Source of the DNA: Pseudomonadota bacterium
Lineage (GTDB): Bacteria > Pseudomonadota > Gammaproteobacteria > Burkholderiales > Burkholderiaceae_C
Assembly: GCA_023438115.1 (NCBI GenBank)
Contig: JAEZEB010000255.1
Location: 1-53,982, forward strand
DNA length: 53,982 nucleotides
Direction: 5' to 3'
The position numbers and the translations under genes are program-made. The notes under the pieces were generated by a model. The model was given only the letters and a program-made list of their open reading frames with translations, was not told the DNA's origin and made no database searches. Of the stretch, positions 1 through 11,316 are shown one piece after another (position 1 is the stretch's first letter; each line of letters starts with the position of its first letter).

Positions 1-2
1 CG

Positions 3-1106
3 GTGTTCGGCGGCACGCAGTCGCTGCACACCAACAGCTTCGACGAGGCCATCGCGCTGCCCACCGAGTTCTCCTCGCGCATCGCGCGCAACACGCAGCT
101 GATCCTGCAGGAGGAGACGCACATCACCAGCGTGGTCGACCCCTGGGCCGGCAGCTACATGATGGAGAAGCTCACCCAGGACATGGCCGACGCCGCCTGG
201 AAGATCATCGAGGAAGTCGAGGCCATGGGCGGCATGACGCGCGCCGTGGACTCGGGCTGGGCCAAGCTGAAGATCGAGGCCGCGGCCGCCGAGAAGCAGG
301 CGCGCATCGACTCGGGCCGCGACGTGATCGTGGGCGTCAACAAGTACAAGCCCGCGCAGGAGGATCCGATCGAGATCCTCGAGGTGGACAACGTCAAGGT
401 GCGCGAGCAGCAGATCACTCGCCTGCAGCGCGTGAAGTCCGCCCGCGATGGTGCCAAGGTGCAGGCGGCGCTGGAGGCGCTCACCGCCGCGGCGCAGAGT
501 GGCGAAGGCAACCTGCTGGAGCTGTCCATCGCGGCGATCCGCCTTCGCGCCACGGTGGGCGAGGTGAGCGACGCGCTGGAGAAGGTGTTCGGGCGCCACC
601 GCGCCGATACGCAAAAGGTGACCGGTGTGTATGCAGCCGCCTACGACTCGGCCGAGGGCTGGGACAAGCTGAAGCAGGAGATCGCCGCCTTCGCGGAGGA
701 GCAGGGCCGGCGTCCGCGCGTGATGATCGCCAAGCTGGGCCAGGACGGCCACGACCGCGGCGCCAAGGTGGTGGCCACGGCCTACGCGGACCTCGGCTTC
801 GACGTCGACATGGGACCGCTGTTCCAGACGCCGGAGGAGTGCGCCCGCCAGGCGATCGAGAACGACGTGCACGCGGTGGGCATCAGCACGCTGGCCGCCG
901 GCCACAAGACCCTGGTGCCCGCGATCATCGCGGAACTGGAGAAGCAGGGCGCCGACGACATCATCGTGTTCGTCGGCGGCGTCATCCCGCAGCAGGACTA
1001 CGAGTTCCTCTACAACGCGGGCGTGAAGGGCATCTACGGCCCGGGCACGCCGATCCCGGCCAGCGCGAAGGACGTGCTGGAGCAGATCCGGCAGGCGATC
1101 CGGTAA
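3..1106 (+). CDS. scpA: methylmalonyl-CoA mutase (5' truncated by window edge)
   Basis: [14 protein letters not shown] mutase motif; C-terminal B12-binding domain with GQDGHDRG (DxHxxG). Confidence 0.97.
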   Translation: MFGGTQSLHTNSFDEAIALPTEFSSRIARNTQLILQEETHITSVVDPWAGSYMMEKLTQDMADAAWKIIEEVEAMGGMTRAVDSGWAKLKIEAAAAEKQARIDSGRDVIVGVNKYKPAQEDPIEILEVDNVKVREQQITRLQRVKSARDGAKVQAALEALTAAAQSGEGNLLELSIAAIRLRATVGEVSDALEKVFGRHRADTQKVTGVYAAAYDSAEGWDKLKQEIAAFAEEQGRRPRVMIAKLGQDGHDRGAKVVATAYADLGFDVDMGPLFQTPEECARQAIENDVHAVGISTLAAGHKTLVPAIIAELEKQGADDIIVFVGGVIPQQDYEFLYNAGVKGIYGPGTPIPASAKDVLEQIRQAIR

Positions 1107-1125
1107 GCGGGGCGAGAATCCGCGC

Positions 1126-2133
1126 ATGCAGATCGCCTCGTCCCTCCTGGGCGCACCCGGGCCGCAGCAGCGGCGCGCGGTCGCCAAGGCCATCACGCTG
1201 CTGGAGTCCACCCGCGCCGACCACCGCGCGCAGGCGGACGCGCTGCTGACGGAACTGCTGCCGCACACCGGCAACTCCTTCCGCCTGGGCATTAGCGGCG
1301 TGCCGGGCGTGGGCAAGAGCACCTTCATCGAAGCCCTGGGCCTGGCGTTGATCGGGCAGGGCCATCGCGTCGCGGTGCTCGCGATCGATCCGTCGTCCAC
1401 CGTCTCGGGCGGCTCCATCCTCGGCGACAAGACACGCATGGAGAAGCTCTCCGTGCATCCGCAGGCCTACATCCGTCCCAGCCCGTCCAGCGGTACGCTG
1501 GGCGGCGTCGCCGCCAAGACGCGCGAGGCGATGCTGGTGTGCGAAGCCGCGGGCTACGACATCGTGATCGTGGAGACGGTGGGCGTGGGCCAGAGCGAGA
1601 CGGCGGTGGCCGGGATGACGGACATGTTCGTGCTGCTGCAATTGCCCAATGCCGGCGACGACCTGCAGGCGATCAAGAAGGGCGTGATGGAACTGGCCGA
1701 CCTCGTCGCCATCAACAAGGCAGACATCGACCGCGACGCCGCCACCCGCGCGCAGGCCCAGATCACCAGCGCGCTGCGCATCCTGGGCCAGCATGGCCAT
1801 CCCGACCACGCCCATCACGACGAGACGCTGTGGCATCCGCAGGTGCTGCAACTGAGCGGCCTCACCGGCGACGGCGTGGACAGGTTCTGGGAGACCGTGA
1901 CGCGCTTCCGCACGTTGCAGGAAAAGAGCGGCCGCCTGGCCGCGCGCCGCCGGCAGCAGGCCCTGGCCTGGATGTGGGAACGCATCGAAAGCGGCCTGCG
2001 CCAGGCCTTCCGCCAGCACGCGGGCGTGAAGGAACTGCTGCCGCGCCTCACGCGCGAGGTGGAGGAAGGCCGCATCGCCTCGTCCACCGCGGCGCGCCAG
2101 CTGCTGGCCGCCATGCTGGACCCCACGCCATGA
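1126..2133 (+). CDS. meaB: methylmalonyl-CoA mutase-associated GTPase MeaB
   Basis: GVPGVGKST Walker [25 protein letters not shown]; directly follows the mutase. Confidence 0.96.
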   Translation: MQIASSLLGAPGPQQRRAVAKAITLLESTRADHRAQADALLTELLPHTGNSFRLGISGVPGVGKSTFIEALGLALIGQGHRVAVLAIDPSSTVSGGSILGDKTRMEKLSVHPQAYIRPSPSSGTLGGVAAKTREAMLVCEAAGYDIVIVETVGVGQSETAVAGMTDMFVLLQLPNAGDDLQAIKKGVMELADLVAINKADIDRDAATRAQAQITSALRILGQHGHPDHAHHDETLWHPQVLQLSGLTGDGVDRFWETVTRFRTLQEKSGRLAARRRQQALAWMWERIESGLRQAFRQHAGVKELLPRLTREVEEGRIASSTAARQLLAAMLDPTP

Positions 2134-2906
2134 ACGCGCAGGACCTCGAGCGCATCCGCGCCTCCGAAGGCTGGCGCAGCCATCGCACCGAAGCGTTCGA
2201 GACCGAGGACGGTCCCGTGATCGTGAAGGCGCAGCGGCCGGCGCGTCCAGCCATCGCGGCTTTCGCGCTGGAGCTGCTGGCCGGCATCGCGCGCTCGCCC
2301 GAGATCAAGCCCGTGCCGGCGCCCGGCGGCCCCGAAGGGCAGGCGATCGAGCTGCGGCGCCTGGTCGGCCTGCGCGAAGCCGGCGTGCGCGTACCGGCGG
2401 TCGTGCACGTGGACGCGGAGTTCTTCGTGATGGAGCGCTTCGCCGGCAAGAGCCTGGCCGAGTGCCTGGACGCGCGATCGCAGGACGCGATGGCCTTGTG
2501 GGAGCAGGGCCTGCGCTTCCTGCAGGACGTGCACGCGCGCGGCCAGTGCCTGAGCCAGGCCAGCGCCCGCAACCTGATTGTCACGCCCACCGGCCTGGCG
2601 GCGATCGATTTCGAGGATGACCCGCTGCAGGTGTTGACGCTGGCCGAAGCGCAGGTGCGCGACTGGCTGCTTTACCTGCAGTCCACCGTCTGGATGCTGC
2701 CGCAAGGGCATGCGGAACTGCTGGTGACCTGGGAACAGGTGGCGCCGGCCGGCTCCGACGCCGCGGGCATGCTGGCGTCCGTGCGGCGCATGGGATGGAT
2801 GCGCCACCTGCCCAGCAAGCGCAAGCCCTGGGGCCGCGACATCGTGAGCGCGCAGGCGGCGGCGGCGCTGCTGCACGCGTGGGCACTGCGCCGGCAGGCG
2901 CACTGA
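2130..2906 (+). CDS. kinase-like fold protein (Kdo/WaaP/RIO-like), degenerate catalytic loop
   Basis: ATG at 2130 overlaps meaB stop (ATGA); [28 protein letters not shown] motifs. Confidence 0.6.
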   Translation: MNAQDLERIRASEGWRSHRTEAFETEDGPVIVKAQRPARPAIAAFALELLAGIARSPEIKPVPAPGGPEGQAIELRRLVGLREAGVRVPAVVHVDAEFFVMERFAGKSLAECLDARSQDAMALWEQGLRFLQDVHARGQCLSQASARNLIVTPTGLAAIDFEDDPLQVLTLAEAQVRDWLLYLQSTVWMLPQGHAELLVTWEQVAPAGSDAAGMLASVRRMGWMRHLPSKRKPWGRDIVSAQAAAALLHAWALRRQAH

Positions 2907-2928
2907 ACGAGACACCTGGAGAGAACGA

Positions 2929-4461
<1,533 letters not shown>

Positions 4462-4484
4462 ACCGTGAGAAGGAAGGAACCGCC

Positions 4485-5105
4485 ATGGCACTGACGCTCC
4501 ACTACCACCCGTATTCCCGCGCGGCCGGCACCCTCTGGGCGCTGGAAGAGGCGGGACAGCCCTATGAACTGAAGGTCGTCGACATCCTCAAGGGCGAGCA
4601 GAAGAATCCTTCGCTGCTGGCGATCAACCCGATGGGCAAGCTGCCGACGCTGGTCGACGACGATGTCGTCATCACCGAGGCCGGCGCGATCGCGCTCTAC
4701 CTCGCGGACCGCTACGCAGCCGGCCGCCTGGCGCCCGCGCCGGACGATCCGCGGCGCGGCACCTACCTGCGCTGGTCCTTCTTCTCGCCCAGCGTGATCG
4801 AGCCCGCCGTCATGGCGAAGGGTTCCGGCTGGGAGGTGAAGGAAGTGTCCGCCGGCTGGGGCACCTATCCCGCCATGATCGCCGCGGCGCAGAGCGCCAT
4901 CGCCAAGGGCCCCTTCGTCCTGGGCGACGAGTTCTCCATGGCCGACGTCGTGCTGGGCGGCACGCTGCGCTTCATGATCGGCTTCAAGCAGATCGAACCG
5001 CATCCCGTCTTCGACGCCTACATCCAACGGCTCGAGGCCCGGCCCGCCCTGCAGCGCGCCGAAGCGCGCAACATGGCCATGCGCAAGGAGCTGGGTCTCC
5101 AGTAA
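4485..5105 (+). CDS. glutathione S-transferase family protein
   Basis: AAGGAAGG RBS then ATG 4485; INPMGKLPTL, ITEAGAIALYLAD, GDEFSMADV motifs. Confidence 0.9.
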   Translation: MALTLHYHPYSRAAGTLWALEEAGQPYELKVVDILKGEQKNPSLLAINPMGKLPTLVDDDVVITEAGAIALYLADRYAAGRLAPAPDDPRRGTYLRWSFFSPSVIEPAVMAKGSGWEVKEVSAGWGTYPAMIAAAQSAIAKGPFVLGDEFSMADVVLGGTLRFMIGFKQIEPHPVFDAYIQRLEARPALQRAEARNMAMRKELGLQ

Positions 5106-5113
5106 GAAAAATC

Positions 5114-7158
5114 ATGTTCACCAAGATCCTGATTGCCAACCGCGGAGAGATTGCCTGCCGGGTGATCGCAACCGCCAAGAAGATGGGCATCGCCACTGTC
5201 GCCGTGTATTCCGAGGCGGACCGCGATGCCCGCCACGTGGCGCTCGCCGACGAAGCCGTCCCCATCGGCCCCGCGCCCTCGCGCGAGAGCTACCTGGTCG
5301 CCGACAAGATCATCGAGGCGGCGAAGAAGACCGGCGCGCAGGCCATCCATCCCGGCTACGGCTTCCTGTCGGAGAACGAGGGCTTCGCCAAGCGGGTGGA
5401 GGAAGAGGGCCTGGTCTTCATCGGCCCCAAGCACCATTCGATCGCGGCCATGGGCGACAAGATCGCCTCCAAGAAGCTGGCGAAGGAGGCCAAGGTCAAC
5501 ACGATCCCGGGCTGGAACGACGCGATCGAGTCCGCCGAGCGCGCGGTGCAGATCGCCCGCGACATCGGCTACCCCGTGATGATCAAGGCTTCGGCCGGTG
5601 GCGGCGGCAAGGGCCTGCGCGTGGCTTACGACGACAAGGAAGCCCTGGAAGGCTTCACCTCCTGCCGCAACGAGGCGCGCAACAGCTTCGGCGACGACCG
5701 CGTCTTCATCGAGAAGTTCGTGGAGGAGCCGCGCCACATCGAGATCCAGGTGCTGGGCGATGCGCACGGCAACGTGATCTACCTGAACGAGCGCGAGTGC
5801 TCCATCCAGCGCCGGCACCAGAAGGTGATCGAGGAGGCGCCGTCGCCCTTCATCAGTGAGGCCACCCGCAAGGCGATGGGCGAGCAGGCCGTGGCGCTGG
5901 CCAAGGCGGTGAAGTACCAGAGCGCGGGCACGGTGGAGTTCGTGGTCGGCAAGGACCAGTCCTTCTACTTCCTCGAGATGAACACCCGCCTGCAGGTGGA
6001 GCACCCGGTGACGGAGTGCATCACCGGCCTGGACCTGGTGGAGCTGATGATCCGCGTCGCGGCCGGCGAGAAGCTGCCGATCGCGCAGGCCCAGGTCAAG
6101 CGGGAGGGCTGGGCGATCGAGTGCCGCATCAACGCGGAGGATCCCTTCCGCAACTTCCTGCCCTCGACGGGTCGGCTGGTGCGCTTCCAGCCGCCCAAGG
6201 CGGGCATGTGGGCTTCCGACACGGAGCACCTGCTGGGCGTGCGCGTCGACACCGGCGTGGGCGAGGGCGGCGAGATCCCGATGTACTACGACTCGATGAT
6301 CGCCAAGCTGATCGTGCACGGCACCGACCGCGCCGACGCGATCGCGAAGATGCGCGAGGCGCTCGACGCCTTCGTGATCCGCGGCATCGCGAGCAACATC
6401 CCCTTCCAGGCGGCGCTGCTGGCGCATCCGAAGTTCGTGTCCGGTGACTTCAACACGGGCTTCATCGCGGAGCACTACGCGGGCGGCTTCAAGGCGGAGG
6501 ACGTGGTCCACGACGATCCCGACTTCCTCGTGGCGCTGGCCGCCTATGCCAACCGGCGCGCGCTGCAGCGCTCCGCCGGCATCGGCGGGCAGCTGCGCGG
6601 GCACGAGTTCCGCGTCGGCGAGGAGTTCGTGGTGGTGAAGCTGGATGCCGAGGGCCGGCACGAGCGCCAGGCCGCGAAGGTGAGCGACTTCGAGGCGAAG
6701 TCGGGTTCCAGCGTGGTGGAGACCAACGGCCGCCGCTACGCGATCTGCAGCAACTGGCACCTGGGCGGCGCCCGCATCCGCGGCACCGTGGACGGCCGCG
6801 CCTTCACCGCGCAGGTGGAGCGCGGCGTCGGCAAGAACCCGCTGGCCATCCGCATCGTGCACCACGGCGCGCGCCTGGACGCGATGGTGCTCACGCCGCG
6901 CACGGCCGAACTGCACGCGCTGATGCCCTTCAAGGCACCGCCGGACATGAGTCGCTTCCTGCTCTCGCCGATGCCGGGCCTGCTGGTGGATATCGCCGTG
7001 CAGCCGGGGCAGAAGGTGCAGGCGGGCGAGCGCATCGCCGTGATCGAGGCGATGAAGATGGAGAACGTGCTGTTCGCCGCGGCGGACGGCGTCGTGGGCA
7101 AGGTGCTGGCGGGCAAGGGCGAGTCCCTCGCCGTCGACCAGCCGATCGTGGAGTTCGA

Positions 7159-7162
<4 letters not shown>
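5114..7162 (+). CDS. pccA: propionyl-CoA carboxylase alpha subunit (biotin carboxylase + biotinyl domain)
   Basis: [41 protein letters not shown] biotin attachment site. Confidence 0.94.
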
Positions 7163-7644
<482 letters not shown>

Positions 7645-7685
7645 AGCCGGACTGTTGTTCCCGCGCCGCGTTGCGCGGGCATCCT

Positions 7686-7706
7686 GCGGCCCGGTCTCCG
7701 GGCCGC
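7686..7706. terminator. GC-rich hairpin after the pcc operon (possible terminator or processing site)
   Basis: GCGGCCCGG-TCT-CCGGGCCGC perfect 9-bp stem; no U-tract. Confidence 0.35.
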
Positions 7707-7786
7707 GGTCACGAAGGGGCGCCTTTCGAGGGCGGACCCGCTGGCGCGTCCCGGCGGCCGGGGCGAGAATCGCGGCCAGCCCGACC

Positions 7787-9169
7787 ATGGACAAGGCGCC
7801 GCCCCAACTCCTCTCCGCTGCCGCCGCGACGGCGCCGGCGGATGCCGTGCTGCGTTGCCAGGCGGCCTTGCTGGCGCGCGAAGGACTGGCTGAAGCGGCG
7901 ACGGCGCTCGCCGCGGAACTCGCCACGCTCCTGCGTTGCACCCGCGTGAGCGTCGGGCTGCTGGAAGGCGAGCGCCTGCGCGTCGCGGGCAGCTCCCAGG
8001 TCGCCGACCTGGATCCGCGCCACGACACCGCCGCGGCCCTCGTCGCCGCGATGCACGAATCCATCGACCAGGGCCTCGCGGTCTGCTGGCCACCGCTGGC
8101 CGCGCAGCCGCCGGTCGGCATCGCGCAGCGGCAGCTCGCGGGTGCGGGCCACGCGTGCAGCGTTCCCCTCGTGGCGCAGGGCAGGGCGATCGGCGCGCTG
8201 ACACTGGAACGGTCCGACCCGCCGGCTTTCACCGCCGCGGAGATCGCCCTGTGCGAGGACGCGGCGAGCTTCGCGGGCCCGGTGCTGCTGTTGAAGCAGG
8301 AACGCGAAGCGCCCTGGCATGCGCGTGCGCTGCAGCGCCTGCGCGGACGGCTGGCCACGCGCAGTCGCAAGCGCACCGCTTGGGCCGGTGCGGTGGTGAT
8401 CCTGGCGCTGCTGCTCGCGGTGCCGCTGCCCTAGCGCGTCAGCGCGCCCGCGCGGCTCGAAGGCGCGGTGCAGCGCGCGGTGGTCGCCGCGGCCGACGGC
8501 TTCCTGCAGCAGACCCACGTGCGTCCCGGCGACCGCGTGCGCGCCGGCGAGGTGCTGGCCCAGCTTTCCTCGCAGGACCTGGAGCTCGAACGGCGCCGGC
8601 GCGAAAGCGAGCTGCGCCAGCACGAGAACGCCTACCGCGCGGCACTGGCGCGCAACGACCGCGCGCAGATGGTGGTGAGCCAGTCGCGCGCCGCGCAGGC
8701 GCAGGCCCTGCTGGCGCTGGCGGAGACGCAGCTCGAACGCAGCCGGCTGGTTGCTCCCTTCGACGGCGTCGTGATCAAGGGCGACCTCACGCAGAACCTC
8801 GGCGCGCCGGTGCACAAGGGCGAGGTGCTGATGCTGCTGTCGCCCAGCGACAGCTTCCGGCTGATCGTGGAGGTGGACGAAGGCGACATCGCCGCGGTGC
8901 GTCCCGGGCAGGGCGGGCGGCTCGCGCTCGCGGCGCGGCCCGAGGCGGCGCTGCGCTTCACCACGCGCCGCGTGGTGCCGCTCGCCACCGCGGCGGACGG
9001 CCGCAACTACTTCGAGGTGGAGGCGGCGCTGGAGGACGCGCCGCCGGACCTGCGGCCGGGCCTGAGCGGCGTGGCGAAGATCGAGGTGGGCCGGCGTTCG
9101 CTGGGATGGCTGCTGTTCCACCGCGCGGCGGACTGGCTGCGGATCGCACTCTGGACCGTGCTGCCGTGA
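7787..9169 (+). pseudogene. GAF-TM-HlyD/RND periplasmic adaptor interrupted by an in-frame TAG at 8432-8434
   Basis: ORFs 7655..8434 and 8468..9169 share one frame; reads ...LLAVPLP*RVSAPARLEGAVQRAVVAAADGFL...; GAF-like (RVSVG, ACSVPL..GRAIGALTLER), TM helix, barrel-sandwich (VRPGDRVRAGEVLAQL, LVAPFDGVV), LRPGLSG. Confidence 0.8.
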
Positions 9170-11316
9170 CGCCGCCGCTGGTCAGCGCGTCCTGGTACCG
9201 CGTGGCCACGCTCAAGCCGGCGCTCGTGCCCGGGCTGCGCATCGTGCGCCAGCGCGTGCGCGACCAGCTGTGGCACGTGCTGGTGGAGCCCGGCTCCGGC
9301 CGCCAGCTGCGACTGAATCCCGCCGCCTATGCCTTCGCCGGCCGCTGCGACGGGCGCGCGAGCGTCGAGGAACTCTGGCAGCTGCTGCTGCGCGAACAGG
9401 GCGAGGACGCCCCGGCGCAGGACGACGTGCTGCGCCTGCTCGCGCAGATGTTCCGCGCCGGCATGCTGCAGTTCGATGCGGCGCCGCACCTGTCGCTGCT
9501 GTTCGCGCGGCGCGAGGAGGACGAGGGACGCAAGCGCCGCGCCTTCATCAATCCGCTGATGCTGCGCATGCGGCTGTTCGATCCCACGCGCATGCTGGAC
9601 CGGCTCGCGCCGCTGGGGCGTGCGCTGGCCGGCTGGCCGGCCTTCGCGTCGTGGCTGGCGCTGGTGCTCCTCGGCGCACTGGCCGCGGCCATCGCGCTGC
9701 CGCAGTTGCGCGCCGACGCGCTGCGGGTGCTGGCCACGCCTTCCAGCTACGCGGTCGCGTGGTTCGCCTATCCGCTCGTGAAGTCGCTGCACGAACTCGC
9801 CCATGCGCTGGCCGTGCGGCGCTTCGGCGGCAGCGTGCACGAGGTGGGCATCTCGCTGCTGATGCTGACCCCCGCGCCGTATGTCGACGCGAGCGCCGCG
9901 AGCGCGTTTCCGCTCGCGCGCCAGCGCGCGCTGGTGAGCGCAGCGGGGATCATGGTCGAACTCGCGCTCGCCGCCCTGGCGCTCGGTGCCTGGAGCGTGC
10001 TCGCGCCCGGCTTCGCGCGCGATGCGGCCATGGTGGTGGTGCTGATCTGCTCGGTGTCCACCATCGTCTTCAACGCCAATCCGCTGGTGCGACTGGACGG
10101 CTACCACCTGCTGTGCGATGCCTTGCAGCTGCCCAACCTGGCCACGCGCAGCCAGGCTTGGTGGGCCTCAGCCTGGCGCCGCCTGGTGGGCATGGAGCAG
10201 GCGCTGCCGCCCGGCGCGCTGGCCCGCGGCGAAACGAAGTGGCTGGTGGCCTATGCGCCGATGTCGTGGGCCTACCGCGTCGCCCTGCTGTTCGCGCTGG
10301 TGTTCTGGGTGGGCCACCATTCCTGGCTGCTGGGCGCGGTGGCCGCGGCGGCGCTGCTCGCCTGGGGCGTCACCGTCGGCGTGCGGGCGCTGCTGCGGTC
10401 GGCGGCCGGCGCGCCGGACCTCGCATCGCGGCGGCGAACTTTGGTGACGGCCGCAGGCATCGGGGGCCTGCTGCTGCTGGCGCTCTTCGTTGTTCCCGCT
10501 CCCAGCAGCGTCATCGCGCGTGGCGTGGTGTGGCCGCCCGAACACGCGCAGCTGCGCCCGGAGACCGGCGGCTTCATCGCGGAGCAGGTGGTGCGCGACG
10601 GCGAGGCCGTGGCGAGCGGCGACGTCGTGCTGCAGCTCGCCGATCCGGAACTGCTGGCGGAGCACGAGCGGTCCGCCAGCGAGCGCTCGGGCCTGCTGGC
10701 GCAGCAGTACCAGGCGCTGCTGCACGATCCGGCGCGGGCCGGCGACCTCAACGAGCAGCTGGAACGCAATGCCGCGGAGCTGCGCCACGCCGAGGCGCAG
10801 GTGGCGGCGCTGCAGGTGCGGGCGCAGGTGCCGGGGCGCGCCGTGTGGCCGCGCGAAGGCGACATGGCCGGCGCCTACGCAAAGCGCGGGACGATGGTGG
10901 GCTACGTGCTCGGACCGCATCCCGTGCAGGTGCGTGCGGTGTTGCGCGACGAGGACCTGCTGCGCCTGCGCGGCCGCGTGCGCTCGGCGGAGGTCCGTCT
11001 CGCGTCCGCGCCCGGCATCACGCACTCCGCGACGCTGGGGCAGGAAACACCGGCCGCCACGCGCGAGTTGCCCAGCGCCGCGCTCGCCGATCGCCATGGT
11101 GGCCCGATCGCCGTGGACCCGGCCGACGAGCACGGTTTGCGCACGCAGTTGCCCGTGTTCCTGCTCGATGTCGTCGTGCCGGATCTGCAGGCGGCGCAGG
11201 TCGGCGGCCGCGCCTGGGTGAAGCTGGTGCTGCCGCCCGAGCCGCTCGGCTGGCAGGCGGTGCGCACCCTGCGGCAGTGGCTGCTGCGGGACTTCAGTCC
11301 CACGGGGCAGGCGTGA
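9166..11316 (+). CDS. PqqD/RRE-like domain + M50 (site-2) metallopeptidase + HlyD-type adaptor fusion
   Basis: GTG 9166 overlaps upstream TGA; LRLNPAAYAFAGRCDGRASVEELW (PqqD-like); HELAH and NANPLVRLDGY (HExxH and NPxxxxDG); multiple TM helices; C-terminal VRDGEAVASGDVVLQL, coiled coil, VRAQVPG. Confidence 0.85.
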   Translation: MTPPLVSASWYRVATLKPALVPGLRIVRQRVRDQLWHVLVEPGSGRQLRLNPAAYAFAGRCDGRASVEELWQLLLREQGEDAPAQDDVLRLLAQMFRAGMLQFDAAPHLSLLFARREEDEGRKRRAFINPLMLRMRLFDPTRMLDRLAPLGRALAGWPAFASWLALVLLGALAAAIALPQLRADALRVLATPSSYAVAWFAYPLVKSLHELAHALAVRRFGGSVHEVGISLLMLTPAPYVDASAASAFPLARQRALVSAAGIMVELALAALALGAWSVLAPGFARDAAMVVVLICSVSTIVFNANPLVRLDGYHLLCDALQLPNLATRSQAWWASAWRRLVGMEQALPPGALARGETKWLVAYAPMSWAYRVALLFALVFWVGHHSWLLGAVAAAALLAWGVTVGVRALLRSAAGAPDLASRRRTLVTAAGIGGLLLLALFVVPAPSSVIARGVVWPPEHAQLRPETGGFIAEQVVRDGEAVASGDVVLQLADPELLAEHERSASERSGLLAQQYQALLHDPARAGDLNEQLERNAAELRHAEAQVAALQVRAQVPGRAVWPREGDMAGAYAKRGTMVGYVLGPHPVQVRAVLRDEDLLRLRGRVRSAEVRLASAPGITHSATLGQETPAATRELPSAALADRHGGPIAVDPADEHGLRTQLPVFLLDVVVPDLQAAQVGGRAWVKLVLPPEPLGWQAVRTLRQWLLRDFSPTGQA

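Noticed and set aside
8420..8470. Pyrrolysine or genome-wide TAG recoding as the explanation for the internal stop
   Set aside because: Several conserved genes in the window end at TAG at their expected C-termini, and no pyl genes or suppressor tRNA are visible
7936..9165. Apparent N-terminal extensions in the ORF track (7936, 9270, 12428, 19330, 30623, 50360 starts) suggesting giant fusions
   Set aside because: Arg/Gly/Ala-rich off-frame read-through of upstream genes; true starts sit at stop/start overlaps or after an RBS
9166..11316. RiPP biosynthetic cluster suggested by the PqqD-like domain
   Set aside because: No precursor peptide, radical SAM, YcaO, lanthipeptide or lasso cyclase genes nearby
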